From NCBI GenBank assembly GCA_016927905.1, contig JAFGLW010000026.1, positions 43,586 to 107,585 of the forward strand: DNA of 64,000 bases, read 5' to 3'. The notes below the pieces were generated by a model that ran no database searches, was not told the DNA's origin, and was given only the letters and a program-made list of their open reading frames with translations. Positions 1-9,474 of the stretch are shown here, piece after piece (position 1 is the first letter of the stretch; each line of letters starts with the position of its first letter). A program made the position numbers and the translations under genes. The stretch is from a candidate division CSSED10-310 bacterium (GTDB lineage Bacteria; CSSED10-310; JAFGJC01).

Positions 1-1
1 C

Positions 2-131
2 GACGGCAGGGGCCGGCCGTTGATGACGGTTCCGGACGACAAGGATGCGCGCATCCAGCAGATGCTCAGCTGGCTTGAGAACCTCAAGGTTTATAACATG
101 GACGAACTGAAAGCTTTGGGTCGGGCTTGAA
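2..131 (+). CDS. 3' end of a CDS running off the left edge of the window (hypothetical protein, last 43 aa)
   Basis: Open frame from position 2 ending in TGA at 129-131. Only the C-terminus is visible (..LSWLENLKVYNMDELKALGRA). The next gene starts 16 nt downstream with a GGGAGG RBS. Confidence 0.4.
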
Positions 132-146
132 TATCGGGAGGAAATC

Positions 147-1268
147 ATGGCTCACGCATATACACCTGGATTGAAAGTATCGCCGAAAATACGGTTGACC
201 AAGAAACGGATTCTCCCGTTGAAAGGCGACGTGGTGGTCAACGTGGGGGACACGGTGACTTCGGATACCGTGGTGGCTCGGACCGAGCTGCCGGGTAAGG
301 TGACTCCGATCAATGCCGCCAATATTCTCGGAGTGCCGGCTCCGGATCTGGTTGAACATGTCCTGAAACCGGAAGGATCTCCCATTGCGAAGGGGGAGAT
401 CTATGCGGTGGCGAAATCATTTTTCGGCCTGTTTAAAACGACTCTGAAAGCTCCGGAAGACTGCCACCTGGAAAACATTTCTCAGATAACCGGCAAAATA
501 CTGCTCCGGGGGAAACCCCTGCCGGTTGAGGTGACGGCATATCTGGAGGGAAAGGTCACCGAGGTGTACCCTCAGGAAGGGGTTGCCGTGGAGTGCTGGG
601 CGGCGTTCACACAGGGGATTTTCGGGATTGGAGGCGAGACACACGGAATACTCAGGATGGTCTGCAAATCCAAGGATGAACGATTATCTCCCGAGAAAAT
701 TTCACCCGAACACCGGGGCTGTGTGCTGGTCGGCGGCAGCATCGTCACCGCAGCAGCTCTGAAAAAAGCTCTGGAACACGGTGTCCGGGCGATCGTGGTG
801 GGGGGATTCGACGATCAGGACCTGAGAAATTTCCTGGGGTACGATCTGGGCGTGGCCATAACCGGATCCGAAAACAAGGGGATTACGCTGGTGGTGACGG
901 AGGGATTCGGAGAAATCCCCATGGCGGACCGGACATTCGAATTGCTCAAGAATCACGAAGGTCATAAAGCCTGCGTGAACGGTGCCACCCAGATCCGGGC
1001 GGGAGTCATCCGCCCGGAAGTGGTCATTCCCCGTCCGGAAAGCGAGCTGAAAGCCGGGCCGGAAGTCACGGCCGGCGCTCTTATAATCGGAACGCCGATC
1101 CGGGTCATAAGGGAGCCTTATTTCGGTCGACTGGGAACGGTTTCATTGCTGCCGCCCGAACTGACGCCCCTGGAATCCGAGACGAAAGCGCGGGTATTGA
1201 AGGTCAAATTTGCCGATGGAATCGAGGCTGTCGTTCCCAGGGCGAATGTAGAAATTCTCGAAACCTGA
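147..1268 (+). CDS. hypothetical cytoplasmic protein; N-terminal barrel-sandwich/lipoyl-like motif (KGDVVVNVGDTVTSDTVVA), central Gly-rich alpha/beta region
   Basis: ATG preceded by a GGGAGG RBS. 373 aa with no signal peptide. Its stop overlaps the next ATG (TGATG). First gene of a 5-gene coupled operon. Confidence 0.7.
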   Translation: MAHAYTPGLKVSPKIRLTKKRILPLKGDVVVNVGDTVTSDTVVARTELPGKVTPINAANILGVPAPDLVEHVLKPEGSPIAKGEIYAVAKSFFGLFKTTLKAPEDCHLENISQITGKILLRGKPLPVEVTAYLEGKVTEVYPQEGVAVECWAAFTQGIFGIGGETHGILRMVCKSKDERLSPEKISPEHRGCVLVGGSIVTAAALKKALEHGVRAIVVGGFDDQDLRNFLGYDLGVAITGSENKGITLVVTEGFGEIPMADRTFELLKNHEGHKACVNGATQIRAGVIRPEVVIPRPESELKAGPEVTAGALIIGTPIRVIREPYFGRLGTVSLLPPELTPLESETKARVLKVKFADGIEAVVPRANVEILET

Positions 1269-2506
1269 TGCAGACCAGCGGATATCGACAGGCATTCCGT
1301 ATTCTGATCATCGTGATGTTATGGGCGGCGACACCCGCCGGTTCTCTGGGAGTTGAGCCGGAGGATGCGGGAACCGGGTTACCGGTCATTCCCCCGATGA
1401 ATCTCGTTGCCGCCGACACTCCCAACGACAACGGAAACGGTATTACACTGCGATGGGACTGTCCTCCCGGGGATGACGGCTCCGGTGCGGTGATCTCGGG
1501 ATATGTGGTCCTGCGCTCTGAAAACTCCCGGGAAGGGTACCTGGAAACGGCGGTTCTGGGGCCCGGCACCGCTAAGTATATTGACAACGGTCCGGCGGCG
1601 GATCCGGTCACGGGAGAAAAAATTCACTTCATACGGAACAAACCTTATTATTACCGGGTTGCTGCCCGGTATGCGTCGGGGTACCGGGCGGTTTCAGGCG
1701 CTTCCGGTCCCGTGCAGGGTCGGGCCCAATGGTTTCACGACGGGAAAATACCGGTTCTGACCGCGACGGTTCTGTTTTTCGCCCTGGTCATCCTGTATAT
1801 CCAGAAAGCCAGGCTCCAGGGATCGGAATTGTATGTCCGGCCGATTGCCGGGATGAAGGAGATTGACAATGCCATCGGCCGGGCGACTGAAATGGGTCGG
1901 CCAATCCTGTATGTTCTGGGGCTGGGCAGCCCGGAAGATATCGCCACCATCGCCTCCTATACGATATTGGCCCGGGTTGCCAGGAAAACCGCGGAGTACC
2001 GGACTGAACTGATCGTTCCCTGCAACGAACCGATCGTGATGACCATAGCGCAGGAAACCGTCCGCAATGCATATATGGAAGCGGGACATCCCGATGCGTA
2101 CAGCGACGACATGGTTTTTTTCGTCACATCCATGCAGTTCGCCTACGTGGCTGCCGTGAACGGTCTGATGCTCCGGGAAAAAACGGCAACCAACTGTTAT
2201 TTCGGGAAGTTTTATGCGGAATCTCTGCTGCTGTCCGAGACCGGGAACATCGCCGGATCCATCCAGGTGGCGGGCACCGACGAAGTTGCCCAGCTGCCGT
2301 TTTTCGTTACGACGTGTGATTACACGCTGATCGGTGAGGAACTTTATGCGGCATCCGCATATCTGGGTCGCGACCCCCTGCTGCTGGGTGCTTTGAAAGC
2401 GCAGGATTTCGCCAAAGCTCTGGTCATGATCCTGATTGTGGCCGGAGCCGTGCTGATGAGTTTCGGAATCGACTGGCTTCTGGAAATCATCACGGTGAGG
2501 ATGTAA
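1268..2506 (+). CDS. membrane protein: signal peptide, Fn3-like domain (ITLRWD..SGYVVLRS), one TM helix, cytoplasmic domain, C-terminal TM
   Basis: ATG overlaps the upstream stop. Hydrophobic N-terminus (ILIIVMLWAATPAGS), Fn3-like pattern, TM FFALVILYI. Confidence 0.7.
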   Translation: MQTSGYRQAFRILIIVMLWAATPAGSLGVEPEDAGTGLPVIPPMNLVAADTPNDNGNGITLRWDCPPGDDGSGAVISGYVVLRSENSREGYLETAVLGPGTAKYIDNGPAADPVTGEKIHFIRNKPYYYRVAARYASGYRAVSGASGPVQGRAQWFHDGKIPVLTATVLFFALVILYIQKARLQGSELYVRPIAGMKEIDNAIGRATEMGRPILYVLGLGSPEDIATIASYTILARVARKTAEYRTELIVPCNEPIVMTIAQETVRNAYMEAGHPDAYSDDMVFFVTSMQFAYVAAVNGLMLREKTATNCYFGKFYAESLLLSETGNIAGSIQVAGTDEVAQLPFFVTTCDYTLIGEELYAASAYLGRDPLLLGALKAQDFAKALVMILIVAGAVLMSFGIDWLLEIITVRM

Positions 2507-2511
2507 GCGGG

Positions 2512-3135
2512 ATGAAACGCAGGGTGCCGATGCTGATCGTTTCGATAACCGGATTTTTGCTGACCATCCAGTATTTTTCTCCCCATCCCGCCAGTGAGAT
2601 GTTTTATAACAACGCATTGGACTGGCTGGTGATCATTGGAATTTTTGCCATGCCGTTGGGTATCTACTCCATGGTGCGGATCCAGTTCCACAAGGTCATC
2701 CGCAGGTCGACCGGGTGGGGCTATTCCGTCATCGCTCTGATCAGCCTGTTCACGATGCTCGGTCTGGGATATACGGACAAGTGCCTGGAGAACGGCACTT
2801 TTTTCATGAAACTTTTTGAATATGTTTACATACCCATCCAGGCGACCATGTTTTCCCTGCTGGCCTTCTATATCGCTTCGGCCGCCTACCGGGCTTTCCG
2901 GGCCCGCAATCTGCTCGCCACCATCGTTCTGACCTCTGCGGTCATCGTGATGCTCGGGAGGGTGCCGATCGGGTGGGCCATCCATCCCCTGATCCCGTGG
3001 CTTGCCGACTGGATCATGAACAATCCCAATATGGCAGCTCAGAGAGCCATCACCATCGGGTTGGGGCTGGGTGCGGCTTCCACAGCCATGAAGATCGTTC
3101 TGGGGATCGAGCGGTCGTATATGGGGATGGAATGA
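2512..3135 (+). CDS. integral membrane protein (~6 TM), unknown function
   Basis: 207 aa, multiple hydrophobic segments. ATG lies 6 nt after the upstream stop. Confidence 0.65.
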   Translation: MKRRVPMLIVSITGFLLTIQYFSPHPASEMFYNNALDWLVIIGIFAMPLGIYSMVRIQFHKVIRRSTGWGYSVIALISLFTMLGLGYTDKCLENGTFFMKLFEYVYIPIQATMFSLLAFYIASAAYRAFRARNLLATIVLTSAVIVMLGRVPIGWAIHPLIPWLADWIMNNPNMAAQRAITIGLGLGAASTAMKIVLGIERSYMGME

Positions 3136-3986
3136 TGAGCATCTGGGAGAAATTGCTGCAGATCGACCGGAGAATCATCTATCTGCTTGTGTTCCTGGCG
3201 GCCATTATTCCCTTTCTGTTTCCGGCGGGACTGGAAGTGAACACGACGCGGGAGGTTCAATCGATATATGATTTCATTGAAAATCTCGCGCCGGGAACAC
3301 CGATACTTCTGGCAGCCGATTACGATCCCCAGACACAGGCGGAGAACGGACCCCAAGCCCAGGCGGTTCTCCGGCACATGTTCAAGAAGGATCTTCGGGT
3401 CGTCATCATGACGTTATCGCAGGACGGTGCCGCACTGGCGGAAATGTTTTCGAATTCGGTAGCCCGGGAATATCAGAAGCGCAGGTGGGAGGATTATACG
3501 TACCTTGGTTACAAACCTTATCCTTCCATCATCATCCTTTCGCTGGGCCAGGATTTCCGGATCAGTTATCCCCGTGATTATTACAACCGCAAACTGGATG
3601 ACATTCCCATGATGCAGGATATCCGGAATCTCGATGATGTCGCAGCCGTGATCGAGATCGGGGGCGGCAATGTCTGTCACATGTGGTTGACCTATGCGCA
3701 TGAACGATACAAGGTTCCGCTGGCTCTGGGGGTTACAGCCGTTTCGGGTCCCCAGTATTATCCGTTTCTGCAGTCGGGACAGCTGTTCGGCCTGCTGGGC
3801 GGATTGAAAGGTGCAGCCGAATACGAAACGCTGATGGACGGGGAATACACCCGCCTTGATCTGCCCAGGAAAGCGATACAGGGGATGAACGTACAGAATT
3901 TCGTCCATGTCTTGATCGTGATTCTGACCGTGGTCGGCAACGTCGCTTTTTTCGCCATCAGACGACGGGAACGGAGAGCTTCCTGA
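3134..3986 (+). CDS. bitopic membrane protein (N-terminal TM anchor, periplasmic domain, C-terminal TM), unknown function
   Basis: The ATG (MMSIWEKLL..) overlaps the previous stop (ATGATGA). The track ORF beginning at 2973 is a 5' read-through in the same frame. TM1 IIYLLVFLAAIIPFLF; C-terminal TM VLIVILTVVGNVAFFAI. Confidence 0.6.
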
Positions 3987-4609
3987 TGGATTCGAATCCC
4001 TGGATCTGGAATACGATCGCGGCATTCTTCACCATCGGCACGTTTTCCTTCCTTTACAAGGATAATCCGCTCTATAAAATTGCCGAATCCGTTGTAGTGG
4101 GCATCGCGGCGGGGTATTTTGCCGTTCTGCTGTTCTGGACCAGCCTGCGGCCGAAATTCTGGGATATGATCGTTTACGAACACAAGTACTGGTATGTCAT
4201 TCCCGGATTGCTGGGCATCATGATGTATTTCCGGTTCAGCCGAAAATGGGGTTGGCTTTCCAGGTATCCACTGGCCCTGTATATCGGGATCGGCTCGGGA
4301 ATCGCCATTCCGCTCATGCTTCAGACATTTGTCTTGAGACAGCTGGAAGCCACCATGCTTCCAATCGGATTTGCATCGTTCGAAGGATTCAGCAATCTTT
4401 TGGTTGTGCTGATGGTACTGGCGGGTTTGATCTACTTTTTCTTTTCCATGGAGCACAAGGGTGTTGTGGGGAAAACCGCCACTTTCGGTATCTGGGTAAT
4501 CATGATTGGATTCGGCGCGTCGTTCGGATACACGGTTATGGCCCGGGTATCGCTGCTGATCGGCAGAATTCAATTTCTTCTGGGAACATGGTTGCATCTG
4601 GTGGATTGA
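3986..4609 (+). CDS. integral membrane protein (~6 TM), unknown function
   Basis: TGATG junction with the previous gene. 207 aa, highly hydrophobic. Confidence 0.65.
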   Translation: MDSNPWIWNTIAAFFTIGTFSFLYKDNPLYKIAESVVVGIAAGYFAVLLFWTSLRPKFWDMIVYEHKYWYVIPGLLGIMMYFRFSRKWGWLSRYPLALYIGIGSGIAIPLMLQTFVLRQLEATMLPIGFASFEGFSNLLVVLMVLAGLIYFFFSMEHKGVVGKTATFGIWVIMIGFGASFGYTVMARVSLLIGRIQFLLGTWLHLVD

Positions 4610-6660
4610 CTCCGCGCCCGAGTCTTGGGTTTTCACTGAGACTCGTTGCGTTTTTCACGGGTTTAATTCTGGTCGTCACCGGTCATCTGATCCTGTTCAA
4701 TCCAGAACATTACGGTCACCGGCTGGACAGATTTCCGGGCCAGCTTGTGCGGGAATTCACGCGCTTCAGGCTGGACATCCTGCCTTATGGCGTTCTGCCG
4801 GGAATCATGCTGTTCTTTCTGGGAACCCTGCTCATGGCGGTTTTGCTGGCCGGGAGAAGCAGCCAAACCGGCGAATCCGCTTGTTCGATTCCACCCGTTC
4901 GATGCAATCCGTTGAGATGGACCGGATGGCTGGGTCTGGCCGTTGCCGTGGGATTCAGCCTTTGTGCCGCGGGGATGCTGGCCCGGGAATCCCCGCCGCC
5001 GGCAGCGGCCGTATTCTGGTTTTCATCGATGTGGATATGGTGCGGGTGGTTGTATTTCAGGGACCGGGACCGGGATACCCGCCCGGGATACCCGCTGTCG
5101 GGCCGGGAAACAGGTATTGTATTGATACTGATGCTGGTGAATCTGGCCTGGGTGTCTCACGACCTCTATGACTGGCGCTGGTCGGGCACTCCGGATGAAG
5201 CCCATTTCTTCATGACCGCCAGGGCATTCATGGAAGGAAGGCTGGATCGGTTCATCCTGTCGGAAAACGGCGTGTTCGGTTACCATCCGGTCCTGTCAAC
5301 CTGCTATCAGATCTTCTTCATGCGGCTCCCGGGGCCGGACGGGTACGGCTGGCGGCTCTCGTCGGCTTTTGCCCTGTCGGTTACTCTGCCGTTTATCTAT
5401 ATCCTGGGGCGCGAGTTATGGAATCGCCGGACCGGGATCCTGGCGGCAGTTATTTTCGGATGGACCAAGATCGCGGTCGGGTTTTCACATCTGGGGTACA
5501 ACAATGTTCAAGTCTATCCCGTACTGATTGGATCCCTGGCGCTGTTCGTTTGGGCATGCAGGCGGCGGAGTCTTACCGGATATTTTCTTTCCGGATGGAT
5601 TGCTGGAATCGGATTTTACACTTACTATGCCGCACGGCTCGCGCCCATCCTGACCATATTGCTGGGGTTGTGCCTGGGTGGATTACCTCTGATCCGCCGG
5701 GACCGGCAGCGAACGGCCGTTTTATTCCTGGGAATCATGCTGGCGGTCATGCCGCTTTTTCTTCATCCCGGAGATTTCCTGGCTCACATGCTGCAGCAGA
5801 CCGCCGTAACCGGTGGCGTCCAGATCACGCATGAGGACGTTTCGTATTATCTGGGAAGATATTTGAAGACGGGAGAGCATGGGACCCGGATAATGGATCA
5901 CTGGTTTCTGACATTCATTCACGGATTGTATTTCCGGTGGCCGCATCATTTTCAAACCCATCCCGTGGTCGATCCGATATCGTATTCACTCGCTTTCATC
6001 GGGTTATGGATCTGCCTGCTCGAGATGGCGCGAAACCGTCAGAACCGCTTTCTCGGCCTTTCGTTTCTGGTGACGTCTTTTGTGGTTGGAGCGATCTCAT
6101 CTCACGACCGCCCACCGTTAACCCGGCTGCTGGTTCTATCACCGTTTCTGGGACTGCTCGCCGCCGTTGCTCTCGAGCGCGTGCCGGGGGTATTTGCGAC
6201 ATCAAGGAAAACCGTCCGATCCCTGGCGGTTGCCGGTGTCGTTCTGATAACGGGATGCGTGGTCGCATGGAATGTCACGGCGATACACATCAGCCTGAAT
6301 CGGGACCATCACGGATATGGCGACGGCACTACCGGCGAATTGCTGCGGCAGTCCAGGCTGTTCCCGGAAACCACCCAAATCGTCTATCTCCAGCGTGAAG
6401 GGACCCACATGCAATGTGTGGACCTGATCATGGATGAATACGGATTTGGAAACAGGATGACGCTCTTCCGTCCTCCGGACAACCGGGCATTCAGACACCT
6501 GTCGAAAATACAGCCGCCTTTCGCCGTATTCCTGGATCTGGACAACCTGCAGGAATCAGTAAAATTTAAAATGCTGCTGAACAGCCGGTTTCCGCAGGGA
6601 AACTGGCGGCACACAGATCCCGGCAGACGATGGTCTCTGATATATTTCCATATTCCGTGA
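4588..6660 (+). CDS. GT-C fold glycosyltransferase, PMT/ArnT-like (GT39/GT83, PMT_2-type). Start is uncertain (ATG 4588; alternative ATG 5029)
   Basis: More than 10 TM helices. First extracytoplasmic loop has ..WVSHDLYDWRWSGTPDEAHFFMTARAFMEGR.. (DE-type motif typical of ArnT/PMT). The track ORF start at 4246 lies inside the previous gene in another frame. Confidence 0.7.
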   Translation: MVASGGLTPRPSLGFSLRLVAFFTGLILVVTGHLILFNPEHYGHRLDRFPGQLVREFTRFRLDILPYGVLPGIMLFFLGTLLMAVLLAGRSSQTGESACSIPPVRCNPLRWTGWLGLAVAVGFSLCAAGMLARESPPPAAAVFWFSSMWIWCGWLYFRDRDRDTRPGYPLSGRETGIVLILMLVNLAWVSHDLYDWRWSGTPDEAHFFMTARAFMEGRLDRFILSENGVFGYHPVLSTCYQIFFMRLPGPDGYGWRLSSAFALSVTLPFIYILGRELWNRRTGILAAVIFGWTKIAVGFSHLGYNNVQVYPVLIGSLALFVWACRRRSLTGYFLSGWIAGIGFYTYYAARLAPILTILLGLCLGGLPLIRRDRQRTAVLFLGIMLAVMPLFLHPGDFLAHMLQQTAVTGGVQITHEDVSYYLGRYLKTGEHGTRIMDHWFLTFIHGLYFRWPHHFQTHPVVDPISYSLAFIGLWICLLEMARNRQNRFLGLSFLVTSFVVGAISSHDRPPLTRLLVLSPFLGLLAAVALERVPGVFATSRKTVRSLAVAGVVLITGCVVAWNVTAIHISLNRDHHGYGDGTTGELLRQSRLFPETTQIVYLQREGTHMQCVDLIMDEYGFGNRMTLFRPPDNRAFRHLSKIQPPFAVFLDLDNLQESVKFKMLLNSRFPQGNWRHTDPGRRWSLIYFHIP

Positions 6661-6735
6661 GCGGTTCCGGGCCGGGGGAGTGTCTTTTCGGAGCTGGAGT
6701 TGAAATTCGGGCCGGAAATTGGGTAATTTAATCGG

Positions 6736-7953
6736 GTGCGACCTGTAATCTTGCCAAGGGACCAGCATCCGATATCCCGAAAACAAATCGATCCGGAAGC
6801 CTTGAAAGTGATGTACCGTCTTCATCGGAATCACTACCGTGCCTATATGGTGGGCGGTGCGGTCCGGGATCTGCTGCTCAAGCGGACACCCAAGGATTAC
6901 GATGTGGTTACCGATGCCCGGCCCAACAAGGTCAAAAAACTGTTCCGCAATTCCTATCTGATCGGACGGCGTTTCCGGCTGGTTCACGTGAGATTCAAAG
7001 ATAAGGTGATCGAGGTATCCACGTTCCGGAAAATGCCCCAGGTGGAGGATAATGCAACAGGGGATCTTCTCCTGCGGCGTGAAAACACTTTCGGGACACC
7101 CGAGGAAGATGCGATCCGGCGGGATTTTACCATCAACGGTTTGTTTTACGATATCCGTGATTTTTCCGTCATCGATTATGTCGGCGGGCTGGCGGATGTA
7201 CGGAAACGAATGGTTCGCACAATCGGGGATCCGTCCATCCGGTTCCGCGAAGATCCATGCAGGATGATCCGGGCGGTCAGGGTGGCGGCCCGGATACGGT
7301 TTCGGATCGAGAATGATACCTGGCTGGCCATGGGGGAGTATCGAAACGATTTGCTGCGTTGTGCGCCTGCCCGGGTTCTGGAAGAAATTTACCATCTGAT
7401 GAAATATGGTTCCGCCGAGGCATCCATTCGATTGCTGCACAGAAGCAAATTAATGGAGACGCTGATACCGGAGCTGGCCGAGTTCTGGAATCATCCTCAG
7501 GATGGGAATTCCCCAAACACGCTGCTGGGCCGGCTGGATGAACTGCAGCCGGGCAATCCGCTGCGGACTCCGCCGCTGATGCTGGCGGTGGTTTTCTATC
7601 CTCTGATCAATCATCAGATGCAGTCTCTCAAACCGGGAGATGACCTGCGGGCGCGGGTCGAGAAATGTATTCTGCCATTTACCCAGAGATTTCACGTGCC
7701 GAGAAGACATCTGGACCGGTTGACCCAGATCTTCATCGCCCAGCGTTGGTTTCAACCGGACCGTAAAACCCGAAAGCGCTCAAAATCGCTGGTCAACCGG
7801 AGTTTTTTCGGGGAATCGTTTGTTCTGGCGAATCTCCGGTTGAACCGGGATGAACCCTTATGGCGGGAACAATGTAATTTCTGGAAAGACAGAATTCTGA
7901 GATCGGATATTTCGGATTCCGAAAAACGGAACCTCGCGGATCTGATGAACTGA
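6736..7953 (+). CDS. pcnB: poly(A) polymerase / tRNA nucleotidyltransferase family (PcnB-like)
   Basis: GTG start. YMVGGAVRDLLLKRTPKDYDVVTDARPNKVKKLFRNSYLIGRRFRLVHVRFKDKVIEVSTFR is the polymerase-beta head domain of PcnB/CCA enzymes. Confidence 0.8.
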   Translation: MRPVILPRDQHPISRKQIDPEALKVMYRLHRNHYRAYMVGGAVRDLLLKRTPKDYDVVTDARPNKVKKLFRNSYLIGRRFRLVHVRFKDKVIEVSTFRKMPQVEDNATGDLLLRRENTFGTPEEDAIRRDFTINGLFYDIRDFSVIDYVGGLADVRKRMVRTIGDPSIRFREDPCRMIRAVRVAARIRFRIENDTWLAMGEYRNDLLRCAPARVLEEIYHLMKYGSAEASIRLLHRSKLMETLIPELAEFWNHPQDGNSPNTLLGRLDELQPGNPLRTPPLMLAVVFYPLINHQMQSLKPGDDLRARVEKCILPFTQRFHVPRRHLDRLTQIFIAQRWFQPDRKTRKRSKSLVNRSFFGESFVLANLRLNRDEPLWREQCNFWKDRILRSDISDSEKRNLADLMN

Positions 7954-7963
7954 CGGAAACCCC

Positions 7964-8326
7964 TCAGCAATCTCCCTCTTTCGTTCCGTCGTACTCGTGA
8001 TCCTTCTCAAGATACCAGCGGAAATCCTCACCTTCGTTCAGGTATCCCGTTGTCACCTGGCAGTGCAGACTGGTGTAAGTGCCCTCATAATAAGCCCTGA
8101 GTTCATGAACACCGTCTGGGATGTCATCCCACATCGTTCTGGCGATACCGTCATCGTCGATATGACCCCGCTGGCTGCCGTCGATTTCGATCCAGAGTTC
8201 GAATTCCGACAGATTGCGCACGATGATATCGTTTTCATCATCGACGCTTTCTTCCGTTTCTTCACAACCGAAAACGAAAAACATGCACAATATCATCATC
8301 ACAGCGACCAGAAGCGAATGTCTCAT
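7964..8326 (-). CDS. small acidic secreted protein / putative lipoprotein (121 aa)
   Basis: Start moved to the internal ATG (MRHSLLVAVMMILCMFFVFGCEE), which has an AAGGAGG RBS 6 nt upstream. Signal peptide with a VFGC lipobox-like Cys. Lies downstream of the radical SAM gene. Confidence 0.5.
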   Translation of the reverse strand: MRHSLLVAVMMILCMFFVFGCEETEESVDDENDIIVRNLSEFELWIEIDGSQRGHIDDDGIARTMWDDIPDGVHELRAYYEGTYTSLHCQVTTGYLNEGEDFRWYLEKDHEYDGTKEGDC

Positions 8327-8400
8327 CGGAACCTCCTTTACCGTATCTTCCAGGCGATTATAAGAGTCCCGCGGCGGGAATGTCAAAAAGATGCCGGATA

Positions 8401-9474
8401 TCAGATCAACCGTTTGGCCAGGTCGGCAGCAGCGGTTTCCGGATCGACGTTCTGATGCTGAAGGATCTCCAGAATCTGCTGCACGGACTGTCTTCTGGCG
8501 TCATCTTTCATGTCATCTGTATTCTCGAAAAATCCCGCGCGCCGTCCCAGGATGAACAGGATGCGTTCCGGCCCGGGCAGGTTCAGGACGCGGTCGATTT
8601 GGTTGATCATCCCGTCGATGCCGTCCGGGAGATCGCCTTCCAGATCCGGAAGAAGATTCAGTCCGTGATCGCTTTCCAGGCGGCCTCTGGTTACACGGAT
8701 CTGAAGCAGGAAATCTTTGATTTCAAGTATCAGTTCCGTTTCGGACAGGGGATCAAAGCGGTCGTTCCGCCACTGTTCGTACAGGGGTGTTCCGGGCACC
8801 ACCGCCAGGCTTCTCAGACGGATGGTGTCCGGCTCGACGATGGAAACGATCCGGGCGCTTTCCCGGGCATGTTCTTTTGACAGCCGGCGACCGCCCAGCC
8901 CGGGCATGATATACAGTGAAAGTTCGATGCCGGCCTGTTTCACCGCCAGGCCACCCCGTACATGTTTCTCTGAATTGATGCCTTTTCGGACATGTTCCAG
9001 AACGGTGTCGCTGCCGGATTCCATGCCGGCGTGAATGCGATTCAGGCCGGAAGCCCGAAGGCGTGAAAGGGCGGGGAGACCCAGGCGCGCGCAGGTCGAT
9101 AATCTTGAATATGTGGTGATTCGTCGAACATCGGGCAGGCGATGAACCGCCCGAAGGATCTGTTCCAGCTCGAACGGTCTGGGGACCAGAGCGTCCGCAT
9201 CCTGCAGAAAGACCGATCCGGTGGCAAAATGGAGCCAGGCCGCAGTGGAGCGATATGCGTCGCTCAGCCCGGATGAGCGCAGAATTTCCCGCAGGACCGG
9301 AGATGTCACTTCCGGATCTTTCAGGGAATGAGCGGCGAACTCCCGTATCTCATCAATCATTCTGCCGGCCGTACGGATATCGGTTAGAATGTCATTCAGG
9401 TTCCGGATCTGGAATTTTGAGCCTTTATATACCGGGCAGAATGTACACCGGTTCCACGGACAGTTTCGCACCAC
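8401..9474 (-). CDS. radical SAM domain protein with non-canonical Cx4Cx2C cluster motif at residues 5-13
   Basis: MVRNCPWNRCTFCPVYKG at the extreme N-terminus, 357 aa. Substrate and function unknown. Confidence 0.65.
   Translation of the reverse strand: MVRNCPWNRCTFCPVYKGSKFQIRNLNDILTDIRTAGRMIDEIREFAAHSLKDPEVTSPVLREILRSSGLSDAYRSTAAWLHFATGSVFLQDADALVPRPFELEQILRAVHRLPDVRRITTYSRLSTCARLGLPALSRLRASGLNRIHAGMESGSDTVLEHVRKGINSEKHVRGGLAVKQAGIELSLYIMPGLGGRRLSKEHARESARIVSIVEPDTIRLRSLAVVPGTPLYEQWRNDRFDPLSETELILEIKDFLLQIRVTRGRLESDHGLNLLPDLEGDLPDGIDGMINQIDRVLNLPGPERILFILGRRAGFFENTDDMKDDARRQSVQQILEILQHQNVDPETAAADLAKRLI

Noticed and set aside
1694-2617. Long antisense ORFs throughout the track (e.g. 1694-2617-, 3758-4636-, 6556-7440-, 20658-21452-, 21686-22978-, 30846-31574-, 36378-37388-, 45068-46066+, 60596-61861-)
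   Set aside because: They lie opposite or out of frame to genes with clear family signatures. Their products are Arg/Pro/Gly-rich low-complexity sequences typical of shadow ORFs in ~60% GC DNA.
3985-3998. GGATTCGAATCCC, a tRNA T-loop-like motif
   Set aside because: It sits inside a CDS at a gene junction. There is no acceptor or anticodon stem context. No tRNA genes were found in the window.
4246-4587. 5' part of the track ORF 4246-6660
   Set aside because: It overlaps the preceding membrane-protein gene in another frame. The GT-C protein's first plausible start is ATG 4588 or later.
6281-6300. GGCAC..TTGC sigma-54-promoter-like string
   Set aside because: The spacing is wrong for the -24/-12 consensus, and it lies inside the GT-C coding region.
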